Positions 11,034-20,628 of a stretch of DNA of 64,000 nt are shown one piece after another. The notes beneath the pieces are model-generated. The model made no database searches. It was not told the DNA's origin and was given only the letters and a program-made list of their open reading frames with translations. Origin of the DNA: an uncultured Candidatus Saccharibacteria bacterium (GTDB taxonomy: Bacteria > Patescibacteriota > Minisyncoccia > Phycocordibacterales > PALSA-1337); assembly GCA_964467225.1 (NCBI GenBank), contig CAYXPQ010000003.1:4276-68275 (forward strand), written 5' to 3'. The translations under genes were made by a program, and so were the position numbers. Each line of letters starts with the position of its first letter. The first letter of the stretch is position 1.

Positions 11034-11273
11034 ATGGATTTAAACAAAAACACCACCAACAATCAAATTACCCCAATGAATATATTTGGAGTAGTTATAG
11101 AGGCTTTGCCCAACACATTGTTCAGGGTAAAGTTGGATGGTAAGGAAGAAATAGTTCTGGCGTATTTAGCAGGTAAAATGCGAATGCACAGAATACGCGT
11201 TTTAATAGGTGATAGAGTTGAGCTTGCTTTAGATTCATATGGTGGGAGAGCTCGTATTATAAAAAGATTATAA
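11034..11273 (+). CDS. infA: Translation initiation factor IF-1
   Basis: EALPNTLFRV, GKMRMHRIRVL.GDRV; start could be 11034 or 11076. Confidence 0.95.
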   Translation: MDLNKNTTNNQITPMNIFGVVIEALPNTLFRVKLDGKEEIVLAYLAGKMRMHRIRVLIGDRVELALDSYGGRARIIKRL

Positions 11274-11294
11274 TTTAGAATATTAATTTACAGT

Positions 11295-11411
11295 ATGAAG
11301 GTAAAGGCTTCAGTTAAGAAAATTTGCTCAAAATGTAGTGTAGTCCGAAGAAAAGGCTATGTTTATGTTATCTGTAAATCTAATCCTCGCCACAAACAGC
11401 GACAAGGCTAA
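11295..11411 (+). CDS. rpmJ: 50S ribosomal protein L36
   Basis: Translated by hand (absent from ORF track): [38 protein letters not shown]. Confidence 0.97.
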   Translation: MKVKASVKKICSKCSVVRRKGYVYVICKSNPRHKQRQG

Positions 11412-11419
11412 TAAAATTT

Positions 11420-11800
11420 ATGAGAATACTTGGTATTACAATTCCAGACACAAAACGACTTGAGATTTCACTCACTACTCTTTATGGTATTGGAAGATCT
11501 AGAGCACTTTTAATATTAAAGAAGGCAAAAATTGATCCAAGCATGAAGGCTAAGGATCTTTCTGTAGATCAAGAGAATGAGGTTAGAAAAATAATAGAAT
11601 CATTTAGAATTGAAGGAGATCTTAAGCGAGAAGTTGCCTCAAATATAAAGAGATTGAAGGATATAAAGACATATAGAGGTAGTCGACATGCAAGAAGATT
11701 ACCAGCTAGAGGCCAAAGAACAAAGACAAATTCTAGAACAATCAGAGGTAATATTAGAAAGACAATGGGTTCAGGAAGAAAGAAAGAAGAAAAGAAATAA
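11420..11800 (+). CDS. rpsM: 30S ribosomal protein S13
   Basis: [19 protein letters not shown]. Confidence 0.98.
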   Translation: MRILGITIPDTKRLEISLTTLYGIGRSRALLILKKAKIDPSMKAKDLSVDQENEVRKIIESFRIEGDLKREVASNIKRLKDIKTYRGSRHARRLPARGQRTKTNSRTIRGNIRKTMGSGRKKEEKK

Positions 11801-11812
11801 AATAATAAAATT

Positions 11813-12241
11813 ATGGGAAAAAAAAGAATTGTTACAACTGAAGATAATTCAAAGGAAAGTGCAACAAAGCAGCTTGTTTCTTCAACTAAGAAAAAGCTTG
11901 ATGTTGGAATTCTTTTCGTTCAATCAACCTATAATAATACAAAGGTTCAGTTAGCTGATTCCGATGGTAATATTGTTATGTGGTCTTCAGCAGGATCTCT
12001 TGGTTTCAAGGGTGCAAAGAAGGGTACACCTTTCGCAGCAGCAAAGGTCGGAGAGACTCTAGCACTTAAGGCTCAAACACTAGGAGTAAAAGAGATTAGT
12101 GTTATAGTGAAGGGTGTAGGTTCTGGTCGGGAATCAGCTATAAGAGGTTTTATTTCAAAGGGAGTGGCTATTTCATCAATTAAAGATGAGACACCAGTCC
12201 CTTTTAACGGCCCTCAACCAAAAAAGCCACGAAGAGTATAA
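11813..12241 (+). CDS. rpsK: 30S ribosomal protein S11
   Basis: STYNNT, GFKGAKKGTPFAA, GRESAIR. Confidence 0.98.
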   Translation: MGKKRIVTTEDNSKESATKQLVSSTKKKLDVGILFVQSTYNNTKVQLADSDGNIVMWSSAGSLGFKGAKKGTPFAAAKVGETLALKAQTLGVKEISVIVKGVGSGRESAIRGFISKGVAISSIKDETPVPFNGPQPKKPRRV

Positions 12242-12257
12242 TTATTTATTTATATAT

Positions 12258-12863
12258 ATGAAAATTGGACCAAGATACAAAATAGCAAGAAGACTCGGAG
12301 CAAATGTGTTCGAAAAGACACAAGGTCAAAAGTTTGCAGTGCGTTCAAGTCAAAATACTCAACCTTCAAAAAGACCACGAACTAAGAGTGATTATGGACT
12401 TGGACTTTTGGAGAAACAGAAGGCTAGATATAGTTATGGTATAACAAGTAAGCAATTTTCAAATTATGTAAAGAAAGCTACAGAGAAGAAAGGTAATTCT
12501 GCAGATTTACTAGTATCATTACTTGAATCAAGATTAGATAATGTTGCATTGAGAGCAGGATATGCAGTAACCAGACAAGCAGCAAGACAATTAACATCAC
12601 ATGGTCATTTAACAGTTAATGGGGTAATTATTACAATACCATCATATCAAGTTAAAGCTGGAGATGTGGTTGGTATAAGAGAGGGTAGCAAAAAGAAAGC
12701 TATTTTCAATACCCTAGACGAAAGACTAAAAACTATCAAATTACCTTCATGGCTAAAACTAAATTTTGACAAGAAAGAAGTTACTGTAGACGGAATTCCA
12801 CATGCACAGCATTCAGAATTGTTATTCAGTCCGGGTGCAGTTTTGGAGTTTTATAGCCGTTAA
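12258..12863 (+). CDS. rpsD: 30S ribosomal protein S4
   Basis: SDYGLGLLEKQK, LESRLDN, ARQL.SHGH, EFYSR; ATG at 12258. Confidence 0.97.
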   Translation: MKIGPRYKIARRLGANVFEKTQGQKFAVRSSQNTQPSKRPRTKSDYGLGLLEKQKARYSYGITSKQFSNYVKKATEKKGNSADLLVSLLESRLDNVALRAGYAVTRQAARQLTSHGHLTVNGVIITIPSYQVKAGDVVGIREGSKKKAIFNTLDERLKTIKLPSWLKLNFDKKEVTVDGIPHAQHSELLFSPGAVLEFYSR

Positions 12864-12892
12864 AATTAATATTTTTAATTAATAAAAAATAT

Positions 12893-13864
12893 ATGCCAAA
12901 TCATGCAATTGTAATTCCATCAAAGCCAAAAATTATCCGCGAAGAAGGTTTTATTGGTACGTACGAAATAGATGGTCTTTATCCTGGATACGGACACACT
13001 CTTGGTAATTCATTGAGAAGAATTATTCTCTCCTCTATTTCTGGAGCAGCGGTTACTCAAACAAAAATAAAAGGAGTTGAACATGAGTTCTCATCAATTA
13101 ATGGAGTTAAAGAGGATGTAATTACAATTTTATTGAATCTTAAGAAATTAAGAATTAAGCTTATAACAGATGAGTCTCAAACAATTACCATAAAGGCTAA
13201 AGGTGCTAGGAAAGTAACAGCAAAGGACATTGAGGTTCCTGGACAAGTGGAAATTCTAAATCCAGAATTACATATTGCAGAACTTACAGATAAAAGTGCT
13301 GATTTGGATATTGAAATGACAGTAGAGAAGGGATTGGGTTATGTATCAAAGGATATTCTAAGAAAGGATAGAGTTGATATTGGAACAATTTCACTTGATG
13401 CAACCTTCACACCTATAAGAAAGGCAAATTATGAAGTTGAGAATATGCGTGTGGGTGATAGAACAGATTTCAATAGATTAAGAATCACAATCGAAACAGA
13501 TGGTACTCTTACACCACATGAAGCTCTTGAACAATCTATAACCTTGATGATTCATCAATTGAAGGCTATTGTTGGATTTAAGGAAGAAGAAGTGGTTGAA
13601 GAAGTAAAGGTAGCTAAGAAAGATGAGGGCGAAGCAGAAGGAGAATCAAAGCAAGAAGTTGATGTAGAATTTCTAAAGACTAGAATTGATGCTATTGGAC
13701 TTTCTGCAAGAACGGTAAAGGCACTTTCAAATGCTAATATAAGAACAGTTGGAGGCCTAACAAGAAAGAAGGAAATCGATATTCTTGATGTTGAAGGATT
13801 GGGAGGTAAGGGTATTCAAGAAATAAAGAAGGTACTTGCAAATTATGGCATTACATTAAAATAA
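12893..13864 (+). CDS. rpoA: RNA polymerase alpha subunit
   Basis: GYGHTLGNSLRRI, HEFS.I.GVKED, VENMRVG. Confidence 0.98.
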   Translation: MPNHAIVIPSKPKIIREEGFIGTYEIDGLYPGYGHTLGNSLRRIILSSISGAAVTQTKIKGVEHEFSSINGVKEDVITILLNLKKLRIKLITDESQTITIKAKGARKVTAKDIEVPGQVEILNPELHIAELTDKSADLDIEMTVEKGLGYVSKDILRKDRVDIGTISLDATFTPIRKANYEVENMRVGDRTDFNRLRITIETDGTLTPHEALEQSITLMIHQLKAIVGFKEEEVVEEVKVAKKDEGEAEGESKQEVDVEFLKTRIDAIGLSARTVKALSNANIRTVGGLTRKKEIDILDVEGLGGKGIQEIKKVLANYGITLK

Positions 13865-13868
13865 TTAT

Positions 13869-14219
13869 ATGAGACACCATTCAGTTAAAAGAAAATTCGG
13901 CTTAAAGAAAGATCAAAGAAATGCTTTGATGCGCTCACTTGCTAGAAATTTAATCAATGAAAGTAGAATTACAACTACTCTCGCTAAGGCAAAAGAATTA
14001 AGACCATACATTGAGAAATTGGTTACAAAGGCAAGAACAGGAACACTTGCTTCAAGAAGAGTTATTATTTCTCAAGTTGGAGGAGTCAAGGAGACAAAGA
14101 CTCTAGTAGAGAAAGTAGCTCCAAAATACAAGGATAGAAATGGAGGATACACAAGAATTATTAAGCTTTCACGTCGAGAATTAGATGCCGCCCCAATGGC
14201 CCTTATAGAATTTGTATAA
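13869..14219 (+). CDS. rplQ: 50S ribosomal protein L17
   Basis: MRH, ITTTLAKAKE, RNGGYTRIIK. Confidence 0.98.
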   Translation: MRHHSVKRKFGLKKDQRNALMRSLARNLINESRITTTLAKAKELRPYIEKLVTKARTGTLASRRVIISQVGGVKETKTLVEKVAPKYKDRNGGYTRIIKLSRRELDAAPMALIEFV

Positions 14220-14230
14220 TATTTAATACC

Positions 14231-14575
14231 ATGATTCATACTATAGATGCACAAGGAAAGAAGATCGGAAGAGTTGCTAGCGAAGCAGCAACATTTCTAA
14301 TGGGCAAAAGAACAACCACTTTTACAAGAAATAAGCTTTCTGGTATTAAGGTTAATATTGTTAATGCAAATAAGGTTGCTATTGATATAAAGAAAATGAC
14401 TGACAAAGAATATGTAACCTTCACAGGATTCAGAGGTGGTATCAATACAGAGAAGCTTGCTGATCTTATAGCAAGAAAGGGTACTACAGAAGTACTTGAA
14501 AGAGCTGTATATCGTATGTTACCTTCTAATAGTCTTAGAAAGGAAATGATGAAGAACTTAACTATTACTGCATAA
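14231..14575 (+). CDS. rplM: 50S ribosomal protein L13 (short)
   Basis: IDAQGKKIGRVAS, NANKV, AVYRMLP. Confidence 0.93.
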   Translation: MIHTIDAQGKKIGRVASEAATFLMGKRTTTFTRNKLSGIKVNIVNANKVAIDIKKMTDKEYVTFTGFRGGINTEKLADLIARKGTTEVLERAVYRMLPSNSLRKEMMKNLTITA

Positions 14576-14579
14576 ATAT

Positions 14580-14993
14580 ATGACAATAACAAAAACAACA
14601 GACAAATACATTGAAACAGTAGGTCGAAGAAAGACTGCTGTAGCTCGTGTAAGAATCACACCAGCATCAAAGATGTCATACGATATCAATGGTAAGACAG
14701 TTGAGCAATATTTCCCTACAAAGGAATTACAAACTACAGCAACAGAATCATTTGGAGCATCAAAGCTAAGTGAGACGAAGTTCAAGATTACAGTAGTAGC
14801 TAAGGGTGGAGGTATAAGTGGACAAGCTGAAGCTATAAGACATGGTATCGCTAGAGCCTTGATTGAATATGACAAAGAGCTAAGAGGCAAGTTAAAGAAA
14901 GCTGGATTGCTTAAGAGAGACCCAAGAGCAAAAGAAAGAAGAAAGTTCGGTCTTAAGAAAGCCCGAAAGTCACCTCAGTGGTCAAAGAGATAA
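14580..14993 (+). CDS. rpsI: 30S ribosomal protein S9
   Basis: GRRKTAVARV, GGGISGQA, KKARKSPQWSKR. Confidence 0.98.
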   Translation: MTITKTTDKYIETVGRRKTAVARVRITPASKMSYDINGKTVEQYFPTKELQTTATESFGASKLSETKFKITVVAKGGGISGQAEAIRHGIARALIEYDKELRGKLKKAGLLKRDPRAKERRKFGLKKARKSPQWSKR

Positions 14994-15051
14994 TCAAGAA
15001 ACAATTCAGCACTTGCTGGATTTTTCTTTTATCCGTATACTTTAAATACCT

Positions 15052-15594
15052 ATGAATGAAAATGATGATATCAAAATTGAAAAAGACGAGAATCTAGATG
15101 ATTCAGTTATAGCTGAAGAAGTAGCTCTTGAGACTGTAAAAGTCCTAAAAGAGAAGCTCAAAAAGGCAGAGGAAGAGAAGCATGAATATCTCAATAATTG
15201 GCAAAGAGATAAAGCTGATTTTATTAATGCTCGTAAGCGCGATGAAGAAGCTCAAAAGGATTTTGCACGCTTCTCAAATGAAAGTCTAATTTCCGAGCTA
15301 ATACCAGTTCTAGATAGTTTCAATATGGCCATGGGTAATAAAGAAGCATGGGAGAAAGCTGATAAGAACTGGAGAACAGGCGTAGAATATATATATAACC
15401 AATTGAGCAAAGTCCTTCAAGAATTTGGTCTAAAAGAAATAAATCCAATAGGACAGGTATTTAACCCTATGCGTGATGAAGCTATTGAACATGAAGGTGA
15501 GGGGAGTATCGTTACAGAAGTAATCCAAAAGGGCTATGAACTTCACGGTAAGGTTCTAAAGGCACCTAAAGTTAAGGTTGGTGATGGTAAATAA
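15052..15594 (+). CDS. grpE: Nucleotide exchange factor GrpE
   Basis: ADFINARKR, LIPVLDSF, QKGY.LHGKVL.APKV.V. Confidence 0.95.
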   Translation: MNENDDIKIEKDENLDDSVIAEEVALETVKVLKEKLKKAEEEKHEYLNNWQRDKADFINARKRDEEAQKDFARFSNESLISELIPVLDSFNMAMGNKEAWEKADKNWRTGVEYIYNQLSKVLQEFGLKEINPIGQVFNPMRDEAIEHEGEGSIVTEVIQKGYELHGKVLKAPKVKVGDGK

Positions 15595-15600
15595 ATGAAA

Positions 15601-15629
15601 AGGCGGTCGCTTGTGAAAGCGAACCGCCT
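15601..15629 (-). terminator. GC-rich hairpin terminator of cassette ORF 15673-15888
   Basis: AGGCGGTCGC...GCGAACCGCCT, preceded by an A-run on + (U-tract on -). Confidence 0.65.
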
Positions 15630-15672
15630 GTTCGGGTGACTTGTGAAGTTTGAAGGTGTCACCCTGTGCCTT

Positions 15673-15888
15673 TTATCCAATTTTCTCAATCAGCTCCAGT
15701 CTTTCGAACGGGGTGAATGGCTGATCGGGAAATGCTTTTTCCAACTCGCTGATAATCATCCATTTTCCCATTTCCCTCTGGATACCAACTGTGCCGGCCG
15801 CATTCAGTTGGCTTCTGATTTGTTCGATGAAGGGAGTCAGATCGCGCTTCTGAGCTGTAGATTCGGATGTGTTTGTATGAGTTTGCAT
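15673..15888 (-). CDS. Small hypothetical protein (cassette)
   Basis: 71 aa, higher GC than neighbours; own TTGACA (15921-15926) / TATACT (15897-15902) promoter and terminator. Confidence 0.6.
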   Translation of the reverse strand: MQTHTNTSESTAQKRDLTPFIEQIRSQLNAAGTVGIQREMGKWMIISELEKAFPDQPFTPFERLELIEKIG

Positions 15889-15963
15889 CTATCAAAAGTA
15901 TATAACATAAGTACTGAGTTTGTCAATATATACAACCCTCAAATTTTGATATAATTCATTCCA

Positions 15964-16257
15964 ATGTTAGTCACTAAAAATCAACAACTAAACAGCATAT
16001 TCGAAAGAATTGTTAGAGACAAGAATGGTGTTCTTGTAAGAGTGCGATTTACTATTGTTGAAATTAACGGAGTATTTCAAGGTCAGATCATTTCTGCTAC
16101 TCCTCTTGTGCAAGAACAAGCTATTTGTTTACCTTGTGAGAAGCAGGCTACAGTTGCTATTGAGAAGGATTTAGTTTTCTCTGATAAGATAGTTTCGCCA
16201 TTTTTCTCTTTAGATTTCTTTATGAGTCAACCAACTCGGGCACCTGCAAGTAGATAA
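15964..16257 (+). CDS. Hypothetical protein upstream of dnaK
   Basis: 97 aa ORF, TGa-TATAAT 8 nt before the ATG, host-like codon usage. Confidence 0.75.
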   Translation: MLVTKNQQLNSIFERIVRDKNGVLVRVRFTIVEINGVFQGQIISATPLVQEQAICLPCEKQATVAIEKDLVFSDKIVSPFFSLDFFMSQPTRAPASR

Positions 16258-16298
16258 ATATTTTGTTTTATTAACATTAATATTTAACCTATTTAATT

Positions 16299-18212
16299 AT
16301 GTCCAAAATAATCGGAATCGACTTAGGTACCACCAACTCTGCCGTTGCAGTGATGGAAGCAGGTACACCAAAAATATTAGAGAATTCAGAAGGTGCTAGA
16401 ACAACACCATCTATTGTCGCATTGTCTAAGACAGGCGAGAGAATGGTAGGACTACTAGCCAAGAGACAAGGAGTAACAAATCCCAAGAATACAATTTATC
16501 AAATCAAGAGATTCATCGGACATAACTTCGATGATCCAGCAGTGCAGAAGGATAGAGCGTCTGTGCCTTTCGAAATGCAAAAGTCAGCATCAGGTGGAAT
16601 AGAGGTGAAGATGGGAGATAAATGGTATAGACCAGAGGAAATTTCTGCAATGATATTAGGAAAAATGAAGGCGGATGCAGAATCAAGACTTGGTCAACCA
16701 GTTACAGAAGCAGTTATTACCGTTCCGGCTTACTTCAACGATGCACAGAGACAAGCAACAAAGGATGCAGGTAAGATAGCAGGACTAGATGTAAAAAGAA
16801 TAATCAATGAGCCTACTGCTGCAGCATTGGCTTATGGATTTGATAAGAAGAAGGATGAGAAAATTGTAGTATTCGACTTCGGTGGAGGAACATTCGATAT
16901 ATCAGTACTAGAAGTCGGAGATGATGTAGTAGAGGTAAAGTCTACAGACGGAGATGCTCATCTTGGAGGTAAGGATATAGATCAGAAGATTATTAATTGG
17001 CTTGCAGAGGAATTCAAGAAGCAAGAGGGAATTGATGTTAGAAAGGATGCTCTAGCTCTTCAGAGATTAGACGAAGCTGCTGAGAAGGCAAAGATAGAGC
17101 TTTCAACAGCAATGCAAACAGAGATTAATATTCCATTCTTAACTTCTGGTGCTGATGGACCAAAGCATTTGCTCTTAGTTATGACAAGAGCCAAGCTTGA
17201 GGAACTAACACAGGAATTTATTGATAGAGCAATGGAGATCACAAAGCGAGCAATGGCGAGTTCTCCATTTAAGATAGCTGATATTAACGAAGTTATTCTT
17301 GTAGGAGGACAGACTCGTATGCCAGCTATGCAAAAGGCTGTGAAGGATTTCTTCGGCAAGGAATTACACCTAGGTGTGAATCCTGACGAGGTGGTTGCGG
17401 TTGGAGCTGCTATTCAAGGAGGTATTCTTGCGGGTGATGTAAAAGGAGTACTCCTTCTTGATGTTACCCCACTTTCTCTATCAATAGAGACTATGGGTGG
17501 TGTGGCTACAAAATTGATAGATAAAAACACCACAATTCCAACTCAGAAGTCTCAAATCTTCTCTACAGCTGCGGACAATCAAACATCCGTAGAGATTCAC
17601 ATAACTCAGGGAGAAAGAGCTATGTCAGCGGATAACAAGTCTCTAGGAAGATTTATCCTAGATGGTATTGCTCCAGCACCAAGAGGAATGCCACAAGTTG
17701 AGGTTACATTTGATCTTGATGCCAATGGTATCCTATCAGTAACAGCCAAAGACAAAGCTACAGGCAAAGCTAATTCTATAAAGATAACTGCAAGTTCTGG
17801 TCTTTCAAAAGAAGAAGTTGAAAAGATGAAAAAGGAAGCAGAAATGCATGCAGCAGAAGATGCAAAGAAAAAGGAAATGGTAGAAGCCAAGAATATGGCA
17901 GAACAGCTGATTCATACTTCAGAGAAATCATTGAAAGATGCAGGGGATAAGGTTCCTGCAGATTTGAGGAAATCCATTGAGGATAAAATTGCTGATGTAA
18001 AAACAGCAAAGGAGGGAACAGATCTTGCTCAATTGAAGAAAGTTACAGAGACTCTTTCATCTGAACTTTCAAAAATAGGTGAGATATTGTCTAAAGTTCA
18101 AGCAGAACAATCACAGCAGACTCCACCAGCAGGAGGACCAACAGGAAATGCAGGAGATGCAAAGGGTACAGAGGGAGATGTGAAAGATGCAGAATTTAAG
18201 GAGAAGAAGTAG
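16299..18212 (+). CDS. dnaK: Chaperone DnaK
   Basis: [32 protein letters not shown]. Confidence 0.99.
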   Translation: MSKIIGIDLGTTNSAVAVMEAGTPKILENSEGARTTPSIVALSKTGERMVGLLAKRQGVTNPKNTIYQIKRFIGHNFDDPAVQKDRASVPFEMQKSASGGIEVKMGDKWYRPEEISAMILGKMKADAESRLGQPVTEAVITVPAYFNDAQRQATKDAGKIAGLDVKRIINEPTAAALAYGFDKKKDEKIVVFDFGGGTFDISVLEVGDDVVEVKSTDGDAHLGGKDIDQKIINWLAEEFKKQEGIDVRKDALALQRLDEAAEKAKIELSTAMQTEINIPFLTSGADGPKHLLLVMTRAKLEELTQEFIDRAMEITKRAMASSPFKIADINEVILVGGQTRMPAMQKAVKDFFGKELHLGVNPDEVVAVGAAIQGGILAGDVKGVLLLDVTPLSLSIETMGGVATKLIDKNTTIPTQKSQIFSTAADNQTSVEIHITQGERAMSADNKSLGRFILDGIAPAPRGMPQVEVTFDLDANGILSVTAKDKATGKANSIKITASSGLSKEEVEKMKKEAEMHAAEDAKKKEMVEAKNMAEQLIHTSEKSLKDAGDKVPADLRKSIEDKIADVKTAKEGTDLAQLKKVTETLSSELSKIGEILSKVQAEQSQQTPPAGGPTGNAGDAKGTEGDVKDAEFKEKK

Positions 18213-18228
18213 TTAAAAGAAAACAAAT

Positions 18229-18270
18229 ATAAAAATCGAAGCCGGTGACTCATGTTGAGTTACCGGCTTT
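18229..18270. repeat. 42-bp hairpin repeat, copy 1 (terminator-like)
   Basis: ATAAAAATCGAAGCCGGTGACTC-ATGTT-GAGTTACCGGCTTT; 40/42 identical to 18883-18924. Confidence 0.9.
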
Positions 18271-18283
18271 GGTGTATTTCGTT

Positions 18284-18727
18284 CTATTTTGATTGGATAT
18301 TTTGAAGAATCTCTTTTACGAGGTTATCACTCGGATTGCTTGGAAGATCTCTGGAAATGTTAAGTAGTCTATTGAATTCACTGAGTGTACATGATTTAAC
18401 GCCAGATTTTGCAACAGCAATAATGATTGGCAAGATATCCTTGGTGTATGTTTTACTCAAAGTAGAGTTGCTGCCCCGAAAGGTAACATCTGCAAAATCA
18501 ATTCCATTTTGTCTCATCTCATTCTCGCTTGTACTGAGTACGGATGATAGTTTATCTATTGAATGGTTTGGGAGCCTATTTTTGTGTAGGAGCTGTCGGA
18601 ATGTTTTATATGGAATATCAATCATCTCAGACAATTCCTTGAATGTTGAGATGCCCTTCTCTCTCATTTTTTTAAGAAGAAAGTCTCTCCGTAAATCAGA
18701 ACTTTTACTTGTATTCATTTGCTTCAA
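18284..18727 (-). CDS. XRE/Cro-like HTH protein (cassette)
   Basis: MREKGISTFKELSEMIDIPYKTFRQLL...LP...IDKLSSVL helix-turn-helix pattern. Confidence 0.65.
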   Translation of the reverse strand: MKQMNTSKSSDLRRDFLLKKMREKGISTFKELSEMIDIPYKTFRQLLHKNRLPNHSIDKLSSVLSTSENEMRQNGIDFADVTFRGSNSTLSKTYTKDILPIIIAVAKSGVKSCTLSEFNRLLNISRDLPSNPSDNLVKEILQNIQSK

Positions 18728-18882
18728 AATTCTTCAACTATAATACAACAAACTAGTAAGAAGTAAAGCTTCCCAGTTATTGCATTAGTTGCAACTACTT
18801 GATTCATGTAGAAGTAATTTGCAAAATTTGCACATTGCAATATGTATAGTACAACTGTTTCCAAAATGGAAACTTAAATTGC

Positions 18883-18924
18883 ATAAAAATCGAAGCCGGT
18901 GACTCGTGTAGAGTTACCGGCTTT
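18883..18924. repeat. 42-bp hairpin repeat, copy 2
   Basis: ATAAAAATCGAAGCCGGTGACTC-GTGTA-GAGTTACCGGCTTT; differs from copy 1 only in the loop. Confidence 0.9.
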
Positions 18925-18935
18925 CGTGCTGCTTC

Positions 18936-19124
18936 CTACTTCTGTCCATTATCATCGGGGATTCGCTGTCTTCCGCCATTTCTTTCGATGATCTCTTCTG
19001 TTGGCTCTTGCGTTGTTTTCTCTGTGGGTCCCTTCTGTAGTGGAAAGAAATAAAGGATTGTACCGATGATTGTTATGGCGATAGCAAGCGCTATCAGGCC
19101 AATAAATGATTGAATCAGTCTCAT
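18936..19124 (-). CDS. Small single-TM hypothetical protein (cassette)
   Basis: 62 aa, hydrophobic N-terminal helix, AAGGA before ATG, stop just before the repeat hairpin. Confidence 0.6.
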   Translation of the reverse strand: MRLIQSFIGLIALAIAITIIGTILYFFPLQKGPTEKTTQEPTEEIIERNGGRQRIPDDNGQK

Positions 19125-19255
19125 GTCCTTACATAATATAACATATAATTATGTAAAAGTAAAGCTTTTGTCATTCAACCATAATTATCTTGGCTCCGGA
19201 ACTTCACAGGCATTTCAGACTTGATATTATTTATTATTATTCTAATACTTATACA

Positions 19256-20269
19256 ATGGTAAAAATCAATCTAAAAAATGCTGAAAATGGAAAACTAATA
19301 ATTTATACAGGACCAAAGGGTGTAGTGGAACTAAGAGCAGATACGGATAGCGAGACAATTTGGGCTACGCAAGACCAAATTGCAGATTTATTTGGTACTC
19401 AAAGACCAGCTATTACAAAGCATTTGAAAAATATTTTTGAGTCAAAGGAGTTAGAGCTAAATTCAGTTAGTTCCATTTTGGAACATACTGCCCAAGATGG
19501 TAAGCGTTATAAGGTTAATTTCTACAATCTAGATGCAATTATTGCGGTTGGATATAGGGTTAACTCCAAGAAAGCCACTCAATTCCGTATTTGGTCCACC
19601 AAAACACTAAGAGAGTATCTAATCAAGGGAATTGTAATTAATAATGACAGAATAAACAAATTACCAGACAGAATACTTGCAGATCTTGATGAGAAAATTA
19701 GCTTTATTCAGCGAACAATTAAGAAAAGAGAGTTAAATCAGAGTGAGACTGAAAGCCTGCTTTCAGTTATACATGACTATGCGAATTCATGGAAATTTCT
19801 TAAAGAATATGATGAGGGAGAATTGAAGCTTAAAAAGGGTAAGAGTAAAGAACAAAAGCATTTTGACTATGAGTTTGTTAGGAATGCTATTGATGTATTA
19901 AAAAAGGATTTAATGGATAAGCAACAGGCCTCTGATCTATTCGGTTCAGAAAGAGATGGTACATTTCAAGGTATTCTAAAGACGATATATCAAACATTTG
20001 GTGGTAAGGAATTATATTCAAGTCTTGATGAGAAGGCAGCTCATTTACTTTATTTCATTATAAAGGACCATCCATTTTCTGATGGTAACAAGAGAATAGG
20101 ATCATTCGTATTCATTTATTTCCTGAAATTAAATGGAATTCTGCTGAGAAGTAATGGAGAGGCAAAGATCAATGACAATACACTTGTTGCTCTAGCTCTT
20201 CTAATAGCTGAGAGTAATCCAAATGATAAAGAGCTTATGGTCGCACTTACTACAAATCTGCTTGCATAA
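19256..20269 (+). CDS. RhuM-like + Fic/DOC domain protein
   Basis: TIWATQDQIADLF, YNLDAIIAVGYRVNS..ATQFR.W (RhuM); HPFSDGNKRIG Fic motif; ATG at 19256. Confidence 0.9.
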   Translation: MVKINLKNAENGKLIIYTGPKGVVELRADTDSETIWATQDQIADLFGTQRPAITKHLKNIFESKELELNSVSSILEHTAQDGKRYKVNFYNLDAIIAVGYRVNSKKATQFRIWSTKTLREYLIKGIVINNDRINKLPDRILADLDEKISFIQRTIKKRELNQSETESLLSVIHDYANSWKFLKEYDEGELKLKKGKSKEQKHFDYEFVRNAIDVLKKDLMDKQQASDLFGSERDGTFQGILKTIYQTFGGKELYSSLDEKAAHLLYFIIKDHPFSDGNKRIGSFVFIYFLKLNGILLRSNGEAKINDNTLVALALLIAESNPNDKELMVALTTNLLA

Positions 20270-20341
20270 AATTAAAAAGCACCCGACGGGATTGGACCGT
20301 GGGGTGCTGTAAATGGTGGGAAGAGTACCAGTTTGGTCAGC

Positions 20342-20527
20342 TCAAGCTTTCTTGAAACTGACAATTTGATGCATCTGGAATGTTGTCCATGGTGCATCAC
20401 TGTCGTACTCGGCGATCTCTATGTAGTCTTGGCCGACCTCCTTAAGAATTCCTTTGGAGGTTCCTTTTGTCGTTTCGACCGCGATTTTTACATTGACTAG
20501 TTGATCAAGCTTTGTTCTGAAGGTCAT
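20342..20527 (-). CDS. Small beta-rich protein, DUF2642/Sm-like (cassette)
   Basis: LDQLVNVKIAVETTKGTSKGILKEVGQDYIEI pattern; promoter TTGACT-17-TAATAT (20590-20562), hairpin 20278-20308. Confidence 0.65.
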   Translation of the reverse strand: MTFRTKLDQLVNVKIAVETTKGTSKGILKEVGQDYIEIAEYDSDAPWTTFQMHQIVSFKKA

Positions 20528-20628
20528 ATTGCAATGGAGCTGATTGTTGTTACCCTTTTATATATTATCACATATACATGAAAAAGTCAATAGTTAAAAT
20601 AATCATAATATTTGCTATAATCACCGCC

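Noticed and set aside
18229-18924. CRISPR array or classical integron attC for the duplicated hairpins (also 56979-57518)
   Set aside because: Only two copies each, separated by whole genes; no cas or intI gene; no RYYYAAC/GTTRRRY ends.
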